A stretch of 64,000 nt of DNA from Vicugna vicugna (lineage: Eukaryota). Shown in pieces: positions 1 through 13,164 of the stretch. Below the pieces are notes generated by a model. The model saw only the letters and a list, made by a program, of their open reading frames with translations, had not been told where the DNA came from and searched no databases. A program made the position numbers and the translations under genes. The stretch spans positions 688,941-752,940 of the forward strand of contig MU058844.1 in NCBI GenBank assembly GCA_013265495.1, read 5' to 3'. The number at the start of each line of letters is the position of its first letter. Positions within the stretch are counted from its first letter, which is position 1.

Positions 1-114
1 CAAGTAACAGGCACTCCTTCCAGCCATACTACCCAGCTCGTATTCATAAAGAGGAGAAGAGGGTATTTCCAATGTGCTGTCAATAGGGCATGAACTTTTA
101 GTTGTTTCTCTTTT

Positions 115-262
115 ATTCAATTACTTATTAACTCATTCATTCATTTGATCATTCAACCAAGATGTATATAAATACCCACTACGTCCCAAGCCCTGTACTG
201 GGTGCTGAGCTTCAGAGAGGAATGTGGTACCATAGCTGTCCTAGGTGAATTAACCGTATAAA
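115..262 (-). mobile_element. L2 LINE 3' end fragment
   Basis: (ATTC)n-like tail followed by 'cccactacgtcccaagccctgtactgggtgctg', a degenerate reverse complement of the L2 3' terminus. Confidence 0.7.
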
Positions 263-264
263 GA

Positions 265-443
265 ACAGTCCTTTCCCTGTAGTCCATAGATTCCCAGTGG
301 GCTTTAGGGAATCAAGAAATCCCCTGAAATGCAATCATTGGTCTGAATGTATGTATACAAATTTGGGGGGGTGGGGGACAAGAATCCATATCTTTCATCA
401 GATCATCAAAGGGATCCAGATCTTAAAAAATTAAGAACAGACC
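265..443. mobile_element. hAT-Charlie-type non-autonomous DNA transposon (MER103-like)
   Basis: 'ccatatctttcatcagatcatcaaaggg...aaaaaattaagaac' resembles the end of this MITE group; subfamily uncertain. Confidence 0.55.
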
Positions 444-479
444 TAGAAGAGAAGAAAACCCAGTTCACCTCCAACAAAC

Positions 480-870
480 AACCATCAGCTCTGTAACTCT
501 GGCCAGAAACCAGGTGGGAGTTTCCCATGTTCCCTGCTCTGGGGCTCTACCATCAATGAGTCTCCATCTCTGGGTCTCTCTTCTACCTCCTAAGCTACTA
601 TTTCCTATTATCTTCACTATGAATTCCTAATAAGGAACATTTGATCAGCCCCATAAATTCCCGTCACTTCTGTTCAGGCAGAATCTTCTTGCTAGGATAC
701 CTCAAAGGTTTTTGGCTGCCGATTGACTTCCTTTGGGTCAAGCACCAAAACAGCTCTAATCAGTTATGCCAGGTTGGGCAGGGGAACTGGGAACAGATGG
801 TGGCCACTGCTCTATAAGTCATTGTCTGGGAATCCTCCTAGGAGAGCTTGTATATGAGGACATTTCCTAA
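480..870. mobile_element. Old MaLR LTR fragment (MLT1K/L-like)
   Basis: Degenerate 'tgggtcaagcacc...ctaatcagttatgccagg' motif typical of late MLT1 LTRs. Confidence 0.45.
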
Positions 871-1314
871 GAAGTTAGTGTGACAGTCCCTGCTCTCAAG
901 TATAGATGGATGGATTTAGGGAAGTCCTACATCCATCTATGAAAAGAAAGTATGGTTGGACAAGTTGGACCAAGCTATCTATGAACTTGCCAGATCCCTC
1001 TTGGGACAGGTTAGTAAGATGACTAGCTGTATTCCATTGTACAGCCATGGACTACAAGAAAGCTAACTGTCCCAAGCATATTTAAAACCCAAAACTTTGG
1101 CCTTCTTAGTCTTAGCTCAACCCAGCTCACTGGTAATAGTAACTGTGAAAAACACAGACACTAGAACAAAGTGTCCTTATTACTGGTTCACCATAAACCC
1201 TTACTTGTCCCAAGTTAGGGATCCAAAGACAAATAAGACTTGCCACCTGTCCTGGTAGAGACGACATAAGAATAGACATTATATTGTTTGATATTAAAAA
1301 AAAAGCTGAATTGA

Positions 1315-1515
1315 GATGGCAATGGGCTGGGGGCTAGAGGGCAGGAATTCTGGCGCCGACTCTGTCACTTTCCGGTTGCACGAGTGTGGCTCTACTATTT
1401 GAATGCTCTGAATCATAGTTTTCTTATGTTAAAATGGGGATAATAAAACTTGCTTTGCTTGGCTCTATGGTTTTCAGAGGAACTAAATAAGATAATATAT
1501 GTGAAAATGCTTTAC
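1315..1515 (+). mobile_element. MIR SINE
   Basis: MIR core 'agttttcttatgttaaaatggggataataa...aaataagataatatatgtgaaaatgcttt'. Confidence 0.75.
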
Positions 1516-2659
1516 TTTAAATTGCCAAAGCAAAACAAAGCTTTAAGAAATTATTGCCTTAGTTTTGAGTATTATATTGGCAGAACCAAACCATTCATTA
1601 CTGGCGCCATTCTCATTCCTGTCATTAAACACATTCTTTGTGCTCTCAAGGTCTTTGTGAATAAGTTTAAAGAAAATCTGATCATGTTGGAAATGTGTAT
1701 TTTAGCGATGTCCATTTGGTTTCAAAGAACATCTGATAAAGGCTTAAAAAGTTTTAAAGTACAAACTGAATATTAAAAGCACCGGTTAAAAGTTAATGAA
1801 GCAGTGCCCATCAGGAAAGAGAAGCTGTTTGCTGAGGGTGAGACAGTGCCCCTGTCTTTTGCAAGAAGTTTCAAACCTCAGAACTGTGCTAGAAATTTCC
1901 AAAGGGACTGATTGGATTCCAGTCATATTAAATTTTATGGAAGACTTTTCAACCATGGTCATCCAAAGTTCCAGAACAATTATGGTTTCAAATGATTTTT
2001 ATATGCTGAGTGAAATATGTGAACAAGAGCTCCTTTTCTGATTTTAGTCTGGCAGGATGAGGTCTATGAATTGGTCATTCACAGAGCAAAGAAGCAAGGG
2101 CCTTCTTCTGAGGTCTTTTGATTGTCCACATGTTCTTAGTACTGTCTGGACCGCTGAGGGCTTAAATTGTTTATGCTCTTGTGTATTACTGAACTTCCTG
2201 ACTCCAGTATCCACAGTGGGAGAGTAAGATCCTTCGGGACGGGAACTGTTACGTTCCTAGAAATACTACTAATACTATAATGGCTATCATATTAAGAGAG
2301 TATAAGCCTTGGCGAGGCAAAATTCTGAACAAGGGATAGTGATCTGTTTTTGCCCTGAGTTCCAGAATCTTACTGATAAGTCAGGTATGGTTTGCTGGAA
2401 CAGGTGTCCACATGTAATAGCACCTGAAATGGTTCCTTAACTTTGGGTTTAATGAAGCCAACAGAAGAATCTCTGGAAATGACTGTCTACCCATTGAAGT
2501 GATGATCATGCACAGTTTACTAATCATGTTTGGAAACAAGGAACTAAAAATACCCTTAGTGTAGTGGTATTCACCACCAGTTACCCTTTACTAAGGACTG
2601 GAAGTCATGATCAACCAGATTTGGGGGTAAGGAACTTAGGCTCAACTCAACTTAGTACA

Positions 2660-2862
2660 CTTGAGCTTGACTTCCAGCTCCACTACTAATTAGCTATGAC
2701 TTAATTCCTCTAAGCCTATGTGTTGCCATCAGTAAAATGGGGACAATAATAGTACATTCTTATGAGGGACAGTGGAAAGATTAAACAAGGTGATATATGC
2801 CAAAGTGCTCAGCAGCGTGCTTGGCACAGCAGATGGAAGTAGTGCCGGTAGCTATTACTGCT
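2660..2862 (+). mobile_element. MIR SINE
   Basis: 'gtaaaatggggacaataatagtac...aaagtgctcagcagcgtgcttggcaca...agctattact'. Confidence 0.8.
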
Positions 2863-5696
2863 AGCCAACGGATTAGTCTCTGAGCTGGTCTAGGCTACAG
2901 CCCATTTAATGTGCCCATAATTGTCCTTCTCTCAAGGGCTCTGTGCTTGGGCTTCTGTCCTTGCTTCTTGCCTTGTTAGTCACTACATATTCTTCTTCTC
3001 TTTGTTTTTGAACCCTGGGAATGGATACATAATGAAAGTTCTCTCCCTGCCCTGAGTTAGAGTTGGACCAGTCTCATCTACTGACTGCACGCAGGATCAG
3101 CAGCGAGACTGCATAATATTGTGATTGAAGGAGGATTTAACCCACTGTGGGCCCAAAGGAATCACTTTCCGCTGGGAGTGTATACTGAAAACAGTTCCCC
3201 ATCAGCTCAGGCTCCGGACATTATGGTTTAATCACTTCATGCCCAAAGCCACATGGCAGAAAGCAGCTTAACACTGGATACTGAAATTGCTCCATTAAAC
3301 AAATGACTTTTAATTTGATAATTATTAGCATTACCTAGACGTTGACTTCAAGTATGGGCTTGAGGGACAGGTGTAATCTGGAATGTTCTTTTAAGTTCTT
3401 TACTTTGGAGATGGGCCTCTGTCTGAAGTGACACCTCTTGAGCTAGCCCAGAGTGAGTGTGCTTTTTGGCTCTGAGGATCGCTTACCCTGTAGAAAACCT
3501 GGTTACTTATGGGCTGGCGTGCCACTGCTGGAAGTCAGAATCTCACTGTGGGCTCTGAGGTTTATGTCAGACCTAGTTTGGCCAAGAAGAATGACATGAG
3601 GGAGGATGTGAATCATTTCAAGTAAGCTTGTAATGGCTTGATACTTCTCTGCTGCGGGAAAAACCTAATCCTAGGAATGTGGTATCTTACCCTAGACCTG
3701 TCTACAGGCAAGCAGAGCTCTCTTTCAATGAATTTATGCCTTTTCTTTGCTGAAGTTCCAGACTTCTCCCAGTCTTCCCTCCACTTTCTCTCCCTGCATG
3801 GTTGGCACACTGAGGGTTTCTAGATTCAGGTCAAGGAATCATAGTTACATCTTGCCCACTAGGTTAGTGTTACAAATGTGTCAGCTAATCAGAACCTGCA
3901 AGCGTGGAGGAATGATGACAGTTTATTTTAATATAGTTTGAAAATGTGATAAGGTTTGTAATGCTGCCAGATGGTTTCCAGAGTCTAGTTCTCACCAAAC
4001 TGAAAGTCCCTTGAGAGTGAGGACTGTTTTTTGTGTTTGTATTGGCTACATGTAGCCAATTGCAGACCCACTATACATGTTTGTTGAATGAATGGATGGA
4101 ACATCTTTAATGTGCTAATGAATGTACTGTAGTTTATATGTGATGGAAGAAGCAGTATGGAAGGGGAAAAAAAAGTCTTTCCAGAAGGACAATAAGTACC
4201 AAGAAAACAACATAGAAGTATTCAGGGAAGGTGAGGAGAAGGCAGTGAAGCCAACATGAGTAAGTCTGAAAAGGTAGAAAGTCACAACTAAAGACTGAGA
4301 AACAGAGTTCCCTTCTAAACAAAAGATAAAGCCTAGCCTTCCTTTTAAAGAAATTCTGTAACATGACTGATGTTCCTTTCTTAAAACAAAACGTTTTTGT
4401 CCCTGTTTCAGAATAATTCCTTTATTCCTAAACTGTATTTTGGACACATTTTAAATCTTCTCATGTAGGAAGGGGGCAAGAAAAATGTTCTTTCTGTAGA
4501 AAGAGACTCATCTTTTCCCATTTGTTCATTCAAAAAAGGATTTCCACATTCAGACTATCCCATAACAGATCCCTTTAGAAGCAAGTATGCAAAGGAAGGC
4601 TTGAGGCGAATTTAGTCCTTGAGTCTCACAAGTCCTACTGTTCTTGTAAATATTTTACTATATTCTAATAAAATCCCTCTGTCTTCCTAGGATTAAAGAT
4701 AGCATACATTTCCTTCTCACTATCAGCAACCTCTCTAAGAACAAAAGAGGCATTAAACCTCAATACATTGACAGTGGCTACTGAAGATTTAGTTTCAAAA
4801 CCATCAATTACTCTCAGCCCCACCTTGGAAGTATTAAGTGAAAGCTATCCTGTAAGGTTATAATTAGACATTGAAAATGCTGATTAGGGAGCTCATAGCC
4901 CTTTTCAAGATGCTCCCAGGAGCTTGCCCAATTTCAAAAGGCTATTGGAAGAATATAATTAAGGTCACCAAGGGGAAAAAATCTTCTAAGAATTTTGGGG
5001 TGGGAGTAGGGTAGCCACCAGAAGAAATTTTGATTAGCAACTTGTCCCGGTGTCTCTCCTGTGAGACCATCAATGAAAACTGCTACAACATAAGATTGAA
5101 AGATATCCAGAGTTTCTTTCTGTATCAAACCTTCTGGATGTGGGCTTGAAAAGTTTTATTCTACCCTGTGAAAGAGTGCCCTGGGAATTATTTATGGTGT
5201 GAGGAATTAGAGAGCAGGCTCCAAGCGCATGCCTAAGAACTTGTGGAGAATTTGGTACAACTTAATAAAGTTGATGTGGTTTCCATTTTTGTCACCCTGA
5301 ATAAGGGGTCTGTGATTTTTCAGCACATTTGGTCTACAATTTAATACATAAATGCATATAGAGGACCTACTGTGTGCTAGGAGAGGCCCTACTGTGTGCT
5401 AGGCACCATGATGGCATGAGGACCCAAAGATTGGCCTTGTCTTCAAGGAATCTAATGAAAGGAGGAAGGCAAGTTACTAGGGAGGTGACTGAGATGAATA
5501 TAAGATGTTAGGAGAGGGGCAGGGACAGGAAGATAAAGAGATGTTTGTGTGGAAGGTGGCTACCTGTTTGGTAATCTGAGGAGATGCAAGTTAGGTAAGG
5601 ATGTCTAGATCTGGATGGGAAGGCTAAGCAGAGAGCCAGCGTGAAAGCACTGAAGAGAAAATGGCTTCCCTTAAGTTTTACCTCCTTTCCCTCAGG

Positions 5697-5713
5697 GGCG
5701 CCCTCTAGTGGGA
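5697..5713 (-). promoter_or_regulatory. CTCF-binding motif
   Basis: Reverse complement contains CCACTAGAGGGCGCC, matching the CTCF core consensus, with its CpG intact in CpG-poor DNA. Confidence 0.7.
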
Positions 5714-6848
5714 ATGGCAAAACGCCAAGAAAGCCTAAATCATTGGCTTCTAAGATGTACATTTGTTGACAAAAATGAAAACTCTGGTGTGTTTAAGTAA
5801 GACATATGACACCTTCCCTTTGCAACACTGGAGGGAAGAAAAGCTAGCACAAAGTTCTCAACTTTATACCTAGGGGGTTGCAGTAGGAACAACTGGCAAC
5901 CAGATTTTCAAAAGGTTAACCCCTATAAAGGCAATACCATCCAAAAGAACCTGAAATAACACACCTAGTCACATGTAACTCTTACTCTTCCTGCACAAGG
6001 GCTGCACATACCTTGCTTCCTAATTGTTCATCTAGAGCCCAGGGCCAGGACTGGGAGTGCTGCTTATTGGGCTGTATTGGAAAGAATAGTAGTACTCGAT
6101 GAAGGAAGACTGTAGTGCTCAACTAATGATGTCTGCTAAGGGTGTGGGAAGGGGGTGGGGGCAGCACATGTGCTGTGCATTTGCCAATTCTGGACTAGGA
6201 CATCTTCTAAGTGAGCTATGTCTGCAATGTAACTGTGGCATATAAAGCTAAAATTCATTCAGTTGTAACTTCTCTGGCATGAGATAATAGTGGTTTTGGT
6301 GATTTTCACTGACACTGGGAATTTTCAATGACTTTATCAGCACTTTGTAACTATGACAGATAATGCTTTGGTAGATATTAATACCCTTGGGATCATATAG
6401 ATAGATACATTCCATTGTGGAACAGGGATGGTTCATTTGGATTGTTCATATCCCAGAGAATGCATCTTTCAACACCCTTAAATTTCTTGTGTTCTGGTTT
6501 GATATTCAACAAACACCCTTCTCGTTGCTAATCTGATTCCTTGTTCTAGGAAGGAAGGATCCTAGTTAATTGAAACCAATACTATTGTTACTGGAAATCT
6601 GTTTCTCCAATGGAGATGATAATAGTATTTTCTTGATAATAGTTGGCATTTGGGGTCGTATGCCAATTCTTTGTAAGTATAAATTGTATGAGGATTGGCC
6701 ACTATTGAGGATTTGGTTAGTGAAGTTTCTCAGTTTGGTTATCCTACCACAGGACCCCCCACCCCAAGAATATTCTATCCCATAGAACTCTAACTTCAAT
6801 AGTAATAGGGGCTGGCTTGCTTGCTTCTTGGTGATTGAAAGTTGATCA

Positions 6849-7350
6849 TAAGTTTTTCATGTATGTGAGTCTGTTTCTGTTTTGTAAATAAGTTCATTTG
6901 TGTCTTTTTTTTTTTTTTAGATTCCACATATAAGTCATATCATGTGGCATTGTTCTTTCTCTTTCTGGCTTCACTTAGAATGACGATCTCCAAGTCCATC
7001 CATGTTGCTGCAAATGGCATTATTTTATTCTTTTTTATGGCTGAGTAGTATTCCATTATATAAATATACCACAACGTCTTTACCCAGTCATTTGTTGATG
7101 AACATTTAGGTTGTTTCCATGTCTTAGAAGTTTGAGATTTGTGGATACTATATATAAAATAGATAAACAACAAGTTTATACTGTATAGCACAGGGAACTA
7201 TATTCAATGTCTTATAGTAACTTATAATGAAAAATAATATGAAAAGGAATGTAGGTATGTATATGTATGACTGACACATTATGCTGTACACCAGAAATTG
7301 ACATAACATTGTAAGCTGACTATACTCCAACTGAAAAAATGGAAAAAAAA
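6849..7350 (+). mobile_element. L1 3' insertion with inverted 5' segment (twin priming)
   Basis: ~6849-7125 is antisense L1 (ORF 6940..7191- gives '[10 protein letters not shown]...[23 protein letters not shown]', L1 ORF2 C-terminus); ~7126-7350 is sense 3'UTR plus A tail; flanked by 'gttgatca' on both sides. Confidence 0.85.
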
Positions 7351-7792
7351 TGTTGATCAGTGTTCTCAATAGCATCTAAAAAAGGTGGTCACTGCTACTG
7401 TTAATAGTAGATCTTAATAGTAGATGATCTTGTAATTGGTAGCAAAAATGATTCAATTACATTGAGAGTAATATATTTTTTATAATATATTGTTTAGTTC
7501 ATAAGCTTTTTTTGTTAAAGATGTGATTGCAGGAAGAGTCAGATTTTGGTCATGGCCAAAGTTTTGTTATCAGTGAATTTTAATAGCCCCCTCAAAAATA
7601 GTTTTAATCAGTAAACGTCATCATTAATGTTAAAAATTAATTACCTTTCTGTGTTTAGCAGCAGAGTAAATAAAAAGAAGTATAAGACAAAAAGCTTCAT
7701 ATTCTAGAATCTATAATCTAGTTGGGGACACAAAGGATAAAAATAATATTAATATAAGGTAGTACACACTTTATTACATATATAATTAAATA

Positions 7793-8201
7793 TGTGCATT
7801 GGAACTTCTCATATTGGCTTGCAAGAGCCAATTGCTAAATTTTCTAGAGTTTTGCAAGCTAGTTACTAAACACAGCCATTATTAAAAATTAAATTATATT
7901 AACTTATGATTAAATAAATTATATTAAAAGCAAAGATAATAAAGAGCTGAAACACACCACTTCCTAATCATTTTACTACATTTTACTATTATCTCTGATC
8001 TTGATGTCATTTATACCTACTGTATATGTACAGTGTGCCTCTGTGCATTTCTAACATGTGTGTTCAGTGATATCACATTGGCAGCCTAAACTCAGCCCTG
8101 GTGGGAGTATTTACATCGTAGAAATTGACAAGCACTGCAGACCAAGACTTCCTCTCTCCACCCCTCCCAGACAGTTGCTCAGTATTTACCAGCACAGTAC
8201 T
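7793..8201 (+). mobile_element. MER63 (hAT-Blackjack) DNA transposon
   Basis: 'gcaagagccaattgctaaatttt...aaacacagccattattaaaaattaaattatat...tgggagtatttacatc...tttaccagcacag' follows the MER63 consensus. Confidence 0.8.
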
Positions 8202-8521
8202 ATATATAAGCACCAAGTAGGGAGAATAGACTTTAAGAACTCTCACTGGTCAGAGAAGGGTGAGGTCACCTCAGGTTGGGGACCAGGGAGGTAGGTTTTT
8301 GAAGTTGGCTCTGAAGGCGACTTGTGTGTATATGGGTCAGGACCATCCTCAGGGACATTTAGAACCAGGACAAATCACAGAATGCCCACATGTCCCTGCA
8401 CATTTCCATACAGGTAAAATCAGGTTAAGATGAAAATTAATTCATGAATTAACATGAATATTAATTCAATATTGCTCTCTTTGAAGATGAAGCAAAGTAA
8501 ATAAAAAAGCAACAATAAGCC

Positions 8522-8555
8522 TGTGTGTGTGTGTGTGTGTGCGCGCGCGTACGTG
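8522..8555. repeat. (TG)10(CG)4TACGTG alternating purine-pyrimidine microsatellite
   Basis: Read directly. Confidence 0.95.
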
Positions 8556-9289
8556 GACAAGGATGTGAGGCATGCAGGGCAATCTTGCCTCTCTGGCTGA
8601 GGAGTCATGAGATGATTAGATAACCATGGTGACAGCCAGTAAAGAGTTAAAGACCTTTCAGTGCTTCTCTTCCTGCCAGGAGCTGATGTCCCAGAGACAA
8701 CGTGTTCCCTTTGATCTTGCCATATAACTATAACAACAACAAAAACAACAAAAGAAGTGGAAGTTTTTTTTAAAAGGTAGGCTAATAGAGTGTGTTAGGT
8801 GGGGGAGGGCAGTCTTTGGACTCCCACCCTGGATCACTGCTCTTCTTTGCCCCCACATCTTTGCAGACCTCTGCAAGCCTCCTGGGAGATAACAGGGGGA
8901 GTTACTCATTTTCAATCCATGGAGATTTTTCTTGATCTAAAGAAAAAACACTTAAGGTTAAAAAACACTTAAGATAAAAAAACAAGCAAAAAGTAATAGT
9001 AGTAGAGACAGGATGGCAGTAGTGAGCCTTAAAGAAATAGGGTGGGGGTGGGAAGGCGGAAAGCTTGCGTTTTAACAACTGGCAACAGAGTAGGCCAGTG
9101 TGAGACGTCAGCTGTGCAGCCAGCCCTGGGAGGACCACCCTGCAGCACAGGAAGGGAGAGAAAAGAGGAAGAGGAAGAGGAAGACTCAAAGGACACAGAC
9201 AGGAACCATTTGTCACTTGGGGCTGGAGCTTATGTCAGGTGAGGAGAAGCTATTGATTGCCTGAGATCCCCATTTCATGAATACAGGTG

Positions 9290-9311
9290 CCGTATTTAAT
9301 CACTGCTTAAG

Positions 9312-9358
<47 letters not shown>

Positions 9359-9811
9359 TTTAGCAACTTTAAATGAGGATGCACCTTATAATTGATGGTG
9401 TCAAAGTCGCTGTTGGTCAGGTGGCAGATTTGACGATGTGGTCATTGCTGTGTATGTGGAAGCTTGGCATAGGTGTTCGTATTGTAGTCATGTGTTGTTT
9501 ATTTATTTTTACTTTTTTTTGGCAGGGAGAGGTAATTAGGTTTACTTATTTATTTTTGGAGGAGATACTGGAGATTGAACCTAGGACCTTCTGCATGCTA
9601 AGCATGCAGCTCTACCACTTGGCCTATACCCGCCCCTAAGTGTTGTTTAAAAAATACATATTTATATCAAATAAATTTAACATACAGAAAATAAAAATTT
9701 CTAATAAGAAAGCATGGTGTCATGGTTTAATGGGTGTTTTTTTTTTCTCCATGACAAATTAAATAATGATGTGTCATGATTAGTGTCACCTTAGATTCAG
9801 TGAAATACAGG
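9290..9811. mobile_element. TcMar-Tc2 DNA transposon relic (Kanga1/MER104-like), interrupted by a poly-T run and a SINE
   Basis: Degenerate terminal inverted repeats 'ccgtatttaatcactgcttaag' / 'cttagattcagtgaaatacagg'; internal 'ggatgcaccttataattgatgg'. Confidence 0.65.
9502..9637 (-). mobile_element. tRNA-derived SINE (camelid vic-1-like)
   Basis: Reverse complement 'ggggcgggtataggccaagtggtagagc...gcatgcagaaggtcctaggttcaatctccag' with A/B boxes, A-rich tail, TSD 'gtgttgttta'. Confidence 0.85.
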
Positions 9812-11460
9812 TCAGTTTGCTGTTAAGGTATCTAAATTAACTGTTTATGAATTTGTGTCTCATATACACACAGTTTTAGGTCTTCTCATTGAATAACTGT
9901 TGAACCAGAAATGTGACTTAGGTTGATCAAAATGATCACCTACAGGTCACTATTCTATGTTCAGAATTGGCCAATCATTTACTGAATTTGGTTGTTCATT
10001 TATAACAATGTTGTCCAAACAGGGACTATTTTGGCTTGGTACTGCAGGATGCTAAAGGTTACAATTACATGGAGATTGGTGAGTTTCTGGGAGCGTTGAT
10101 TAGCATCAAAGAGCTGAGCCACCCTCTCATCTGTCCTTTTTGTGGCAGGGAACTGGCACTCACTACATCAGACCGGGGTCCTCTAGTGTGGTTGCCTGGA
10201 AGAAACCAGTTTCATTTAGCATCCACTCCAAAATGACACTGTAAGCAGAATGAAGGGTGAAGTGATCAGAAGGTGGAAACTGTGTTTGGGAGTTGGTGGG
10301 TCGATCATTTGTCTGGAGTGGATTGGGTTTGTGTAGGAGAAGGCTTACAGGTAAAAATAGTACATTAGACAATGAGTTAGATGCGGACAGGTCAGAATCT
10401 ACGCACACGGTGTGCACTGACATTCACAGACAAATCAGCATGCAGCGGATCTTTTGTTAAGCAGAAGAAACAGGCCAACGAAGGGATAGAAAGCTACAAG
10501 GCAGAGATGCAAAATTCTTGGCAATCTGTCAAAAATGAGGGCTTCTATTCCAGATGCAAAGTTGTAGGGCATAATCCATTTCACAGTTGGTGGGCTGTTT
10601 TATTTTTCAGAAGGGATTGGAGAGAGGGAGGTGGGGAACCCATTCCCTGATGGCGCAGAAGCAGTGGGAAGAAGGGGATCCAGCTCATTTATTTCCCTTT
10701 CATTAGGCCCCTGGAAAAATAAAGACTAAGAATTTAATTGCACTGTTTGCTTCTATCTCTAGAAAAGCCGAATTAGTAATTGCATTAACTTGTTACTATG
10801 CCTTGCTCTTACGGGGTAATAAAGTTTTAACTACTGCTTCCTAATTATAGGATTTTCATTATTCTGAAAATACCATTCAGCATGTGTTCCATTTTCACTT
10901 TTATGAAGTGTTTCGTGGAAAACCAGGGGCTGCGTCTTTAAAAGACCCAAGCTGAGCTGAAGCTGTGACTTGCCCCAGACCATTCCCGTCTGTGCAAAGC
11001 AGGGCACTACTGTGATTTTTTATCCTTGTTTGATGAATAGCACTGTGGGCAGGGACCATATGCTCTGTCGCACTCTGGAGTCTGGTGGCCCTGCACAGCA
11101 GAGGGATAATTACCTTGAGCCAGGGATGGGTTTTGTTGGGTGGTAGTAATGTCAGAAGTAATGGCAGTCATTAAAATCTTGCTGCAAGTGGCCTTGGGCC
11201 TTCATACCACAGTTAGCTCATGACAGGTCAAGGACAGGTCACTCCCAAAAGCTGTCGGGAAGGGATTGCCCATCATTCCTTGTTCTTTCTAAGGAGAGCT
11301 TTGCATCTGAGAATTACAGAGCCCTCAGGGGCAGTGATAGGCCTTGGGTTTTTGCCATTTCTTGCATCTACAGTGCGGTGCTTTTGATGTTTCCAGATCT
11401 TCCTTAGGTGAGAATCAAAGTGGACTCATACAAAGCTGAGTTCATTTATAGAAAAGTAGC

Positions 11461-11574
11461 AGGAAAAAGTGAAAACGAATATAGGTATGTATATGCATGA
11501 CTGGGACGCTGTGCTGTACACCAGAAATCAACACATTGTAACTGACTGTACTTCCATAAAAAAAATGTTAAAAA
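11461..11574 (+). mobile_element. 5'-truncated L1 3' end
   Basis: 'tgctgtacaccagaaatcaacacattgtaactgactgtactt' plus A tail; TSD 'agaaaagtagc' at 11450-11460 and 11575-11585. Confidence 0.85.
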
Positions 11575-12861
11575 AGAAAAGTAGCCAGAAATATCCTTAG
11601 GATGTTCCACTCCAAATTCAACAAATACAAGGTTGCAATACCTGAATGCATACGCAGTGCTAAAAGCTATGAAGGAGTTGAAGGATAGAATGGTTACTGT
11701 TCTCTGGGACCTACTCTCTGGGGACAGAGGGCTCTATTCACAAGGAACTCTAATGCAGAGCAATATGTGGTATCATATCTGTGTTACAAGAAAACTGGAC
11801 TAGGGAGGGGGTGTACTTTGGTTCAGACTTCAGTGATTTGAGAAGATGTATCTGGGGTACAGGGGAAAAATATGAGTTAAACTTTTCTGCAAATTTCACA
11901 AAGGTGACCTTGAACAAATCACTAATCTCTCATTTGTCAGTTTTGTCATCTTTAAAAAGGAGGTAGCTATCTTAAAGATTATTGGTAGGGCAAAGAACCA
12001 CTCAGTTCATCTCACTGAAAATTTGAGATTTTAACAAAATCCTGAATTCTAGGTGGGACTGGGCAGGTAGAAATGGGAGGGAAAGGAATTCCAGGTGGAG
12101 GAGGGTAACAGCATGAATAAGGATCCAGTAGTAGGAAGGCATTTTTCGGGTTGTAGCATAGAGTTTATGTTGATATTTGTATTTATGTGTGTCTCTGTTG
12201 TGAGGGGGAGTGTGTGCGTGTCCTTTCTTTGTTAGGAAAATCTTCCTTTACAACAGCCCCTTTAAAATATTAAGAAACTCCAAGACAGACGCAAGTTATT
12301 TCTTAGATTATATCTGCAGAGATATTTGCACAAAAAGGAAAAATTCTTAGATTTCTTAATTCATACAGTCATGCTTAGATGATGACCCAGGGGCAAACTG
12401 AAAATTTACAGCTGTTACCTTAACAAAGGGAAGGCATTGTTTATAGTAATCTGAGTGCCAACAAATACATTTTTATAGTCTGTTTCCAACCCACAGAATT
12501 CTACCTGTAGGAGCATAAACACTTATAAAAGATTATAGGAAAATAATAAGATATAGCATAAAAATTAGAACAAATAGAATTTTATAAATAATATTACTTT
12601 ACATTTATTTGGCTCTTTTTAGTTTACAAAGTGCTTTTTTCATCATCTAATTTTATGTTTACCACAAACCTGGAAGGGAAGCATTTCTGATATTACTCTG
12701 GCCATTTTCCAGATGTGGAAACTGAGTTCCCATGAGGTTATGTGATCTTTTTGTGGATTTTACACCCAACAAGTGCTAGTCCTAAAACTTGAACTTTGAA
12801 CTCTTCTACAGGATTCTTTCTAGCACCTTAAGTTGTTTTAGGATGAGCCAGTCAGCCTACT

Positions 12862-12896
<35 letters not shown>

Positions 12897-12907
12897 TTTT
12901 TTTTTTT
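12862..12907. repeat. Compound (CT)n(AT)n(T)n microsatellite
   Basis: Read directly. Confidence 0.95.
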
Positions 12908-13164
12908 GAGTAAGCAGGACCAGAGGGCTGAAGTGATGCACTCAAGATCACATAGTTGATGACTACATTGGACCTTAAATCCAAATTTCCTAACTTTTTG
13001 CCCACAACTCTTTTCTCTTAATGCAGGCTATAAAGGACACAGGTTCAAACTAATAGCACTGCAGAATTCTCCCACACGGCATTGATCCCATAGGATGATG
13101 CCCTCTGAATGTTAGGTGATACAATTCCTGAAAGGTAGGATCAAGGAAAATGAAAAAGAGCTGA

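Noticed and set aside
902..940. Hairpin atagatggatg...catccatctat
   Set aside because: Only an 11-bp stem of low-complexity (GATG) sequence; too short for a pre-miRNA.
1450..2041. Two consecutive plus-strand ORFs (108 and 81 aa)
   Set aside because: The first begins in a MIR at a non-ATG codon; neither resembles a known protein or has convincing splice signals.
5360..5403. 22-bp tandem duplication (similar short ones near 7402-7426, 13819-13840, 21210-21257)
   Set aside because: Ordinary two-copy slippage duplications, mostly within old repeats; no spacer structure, not CRISPR-like.
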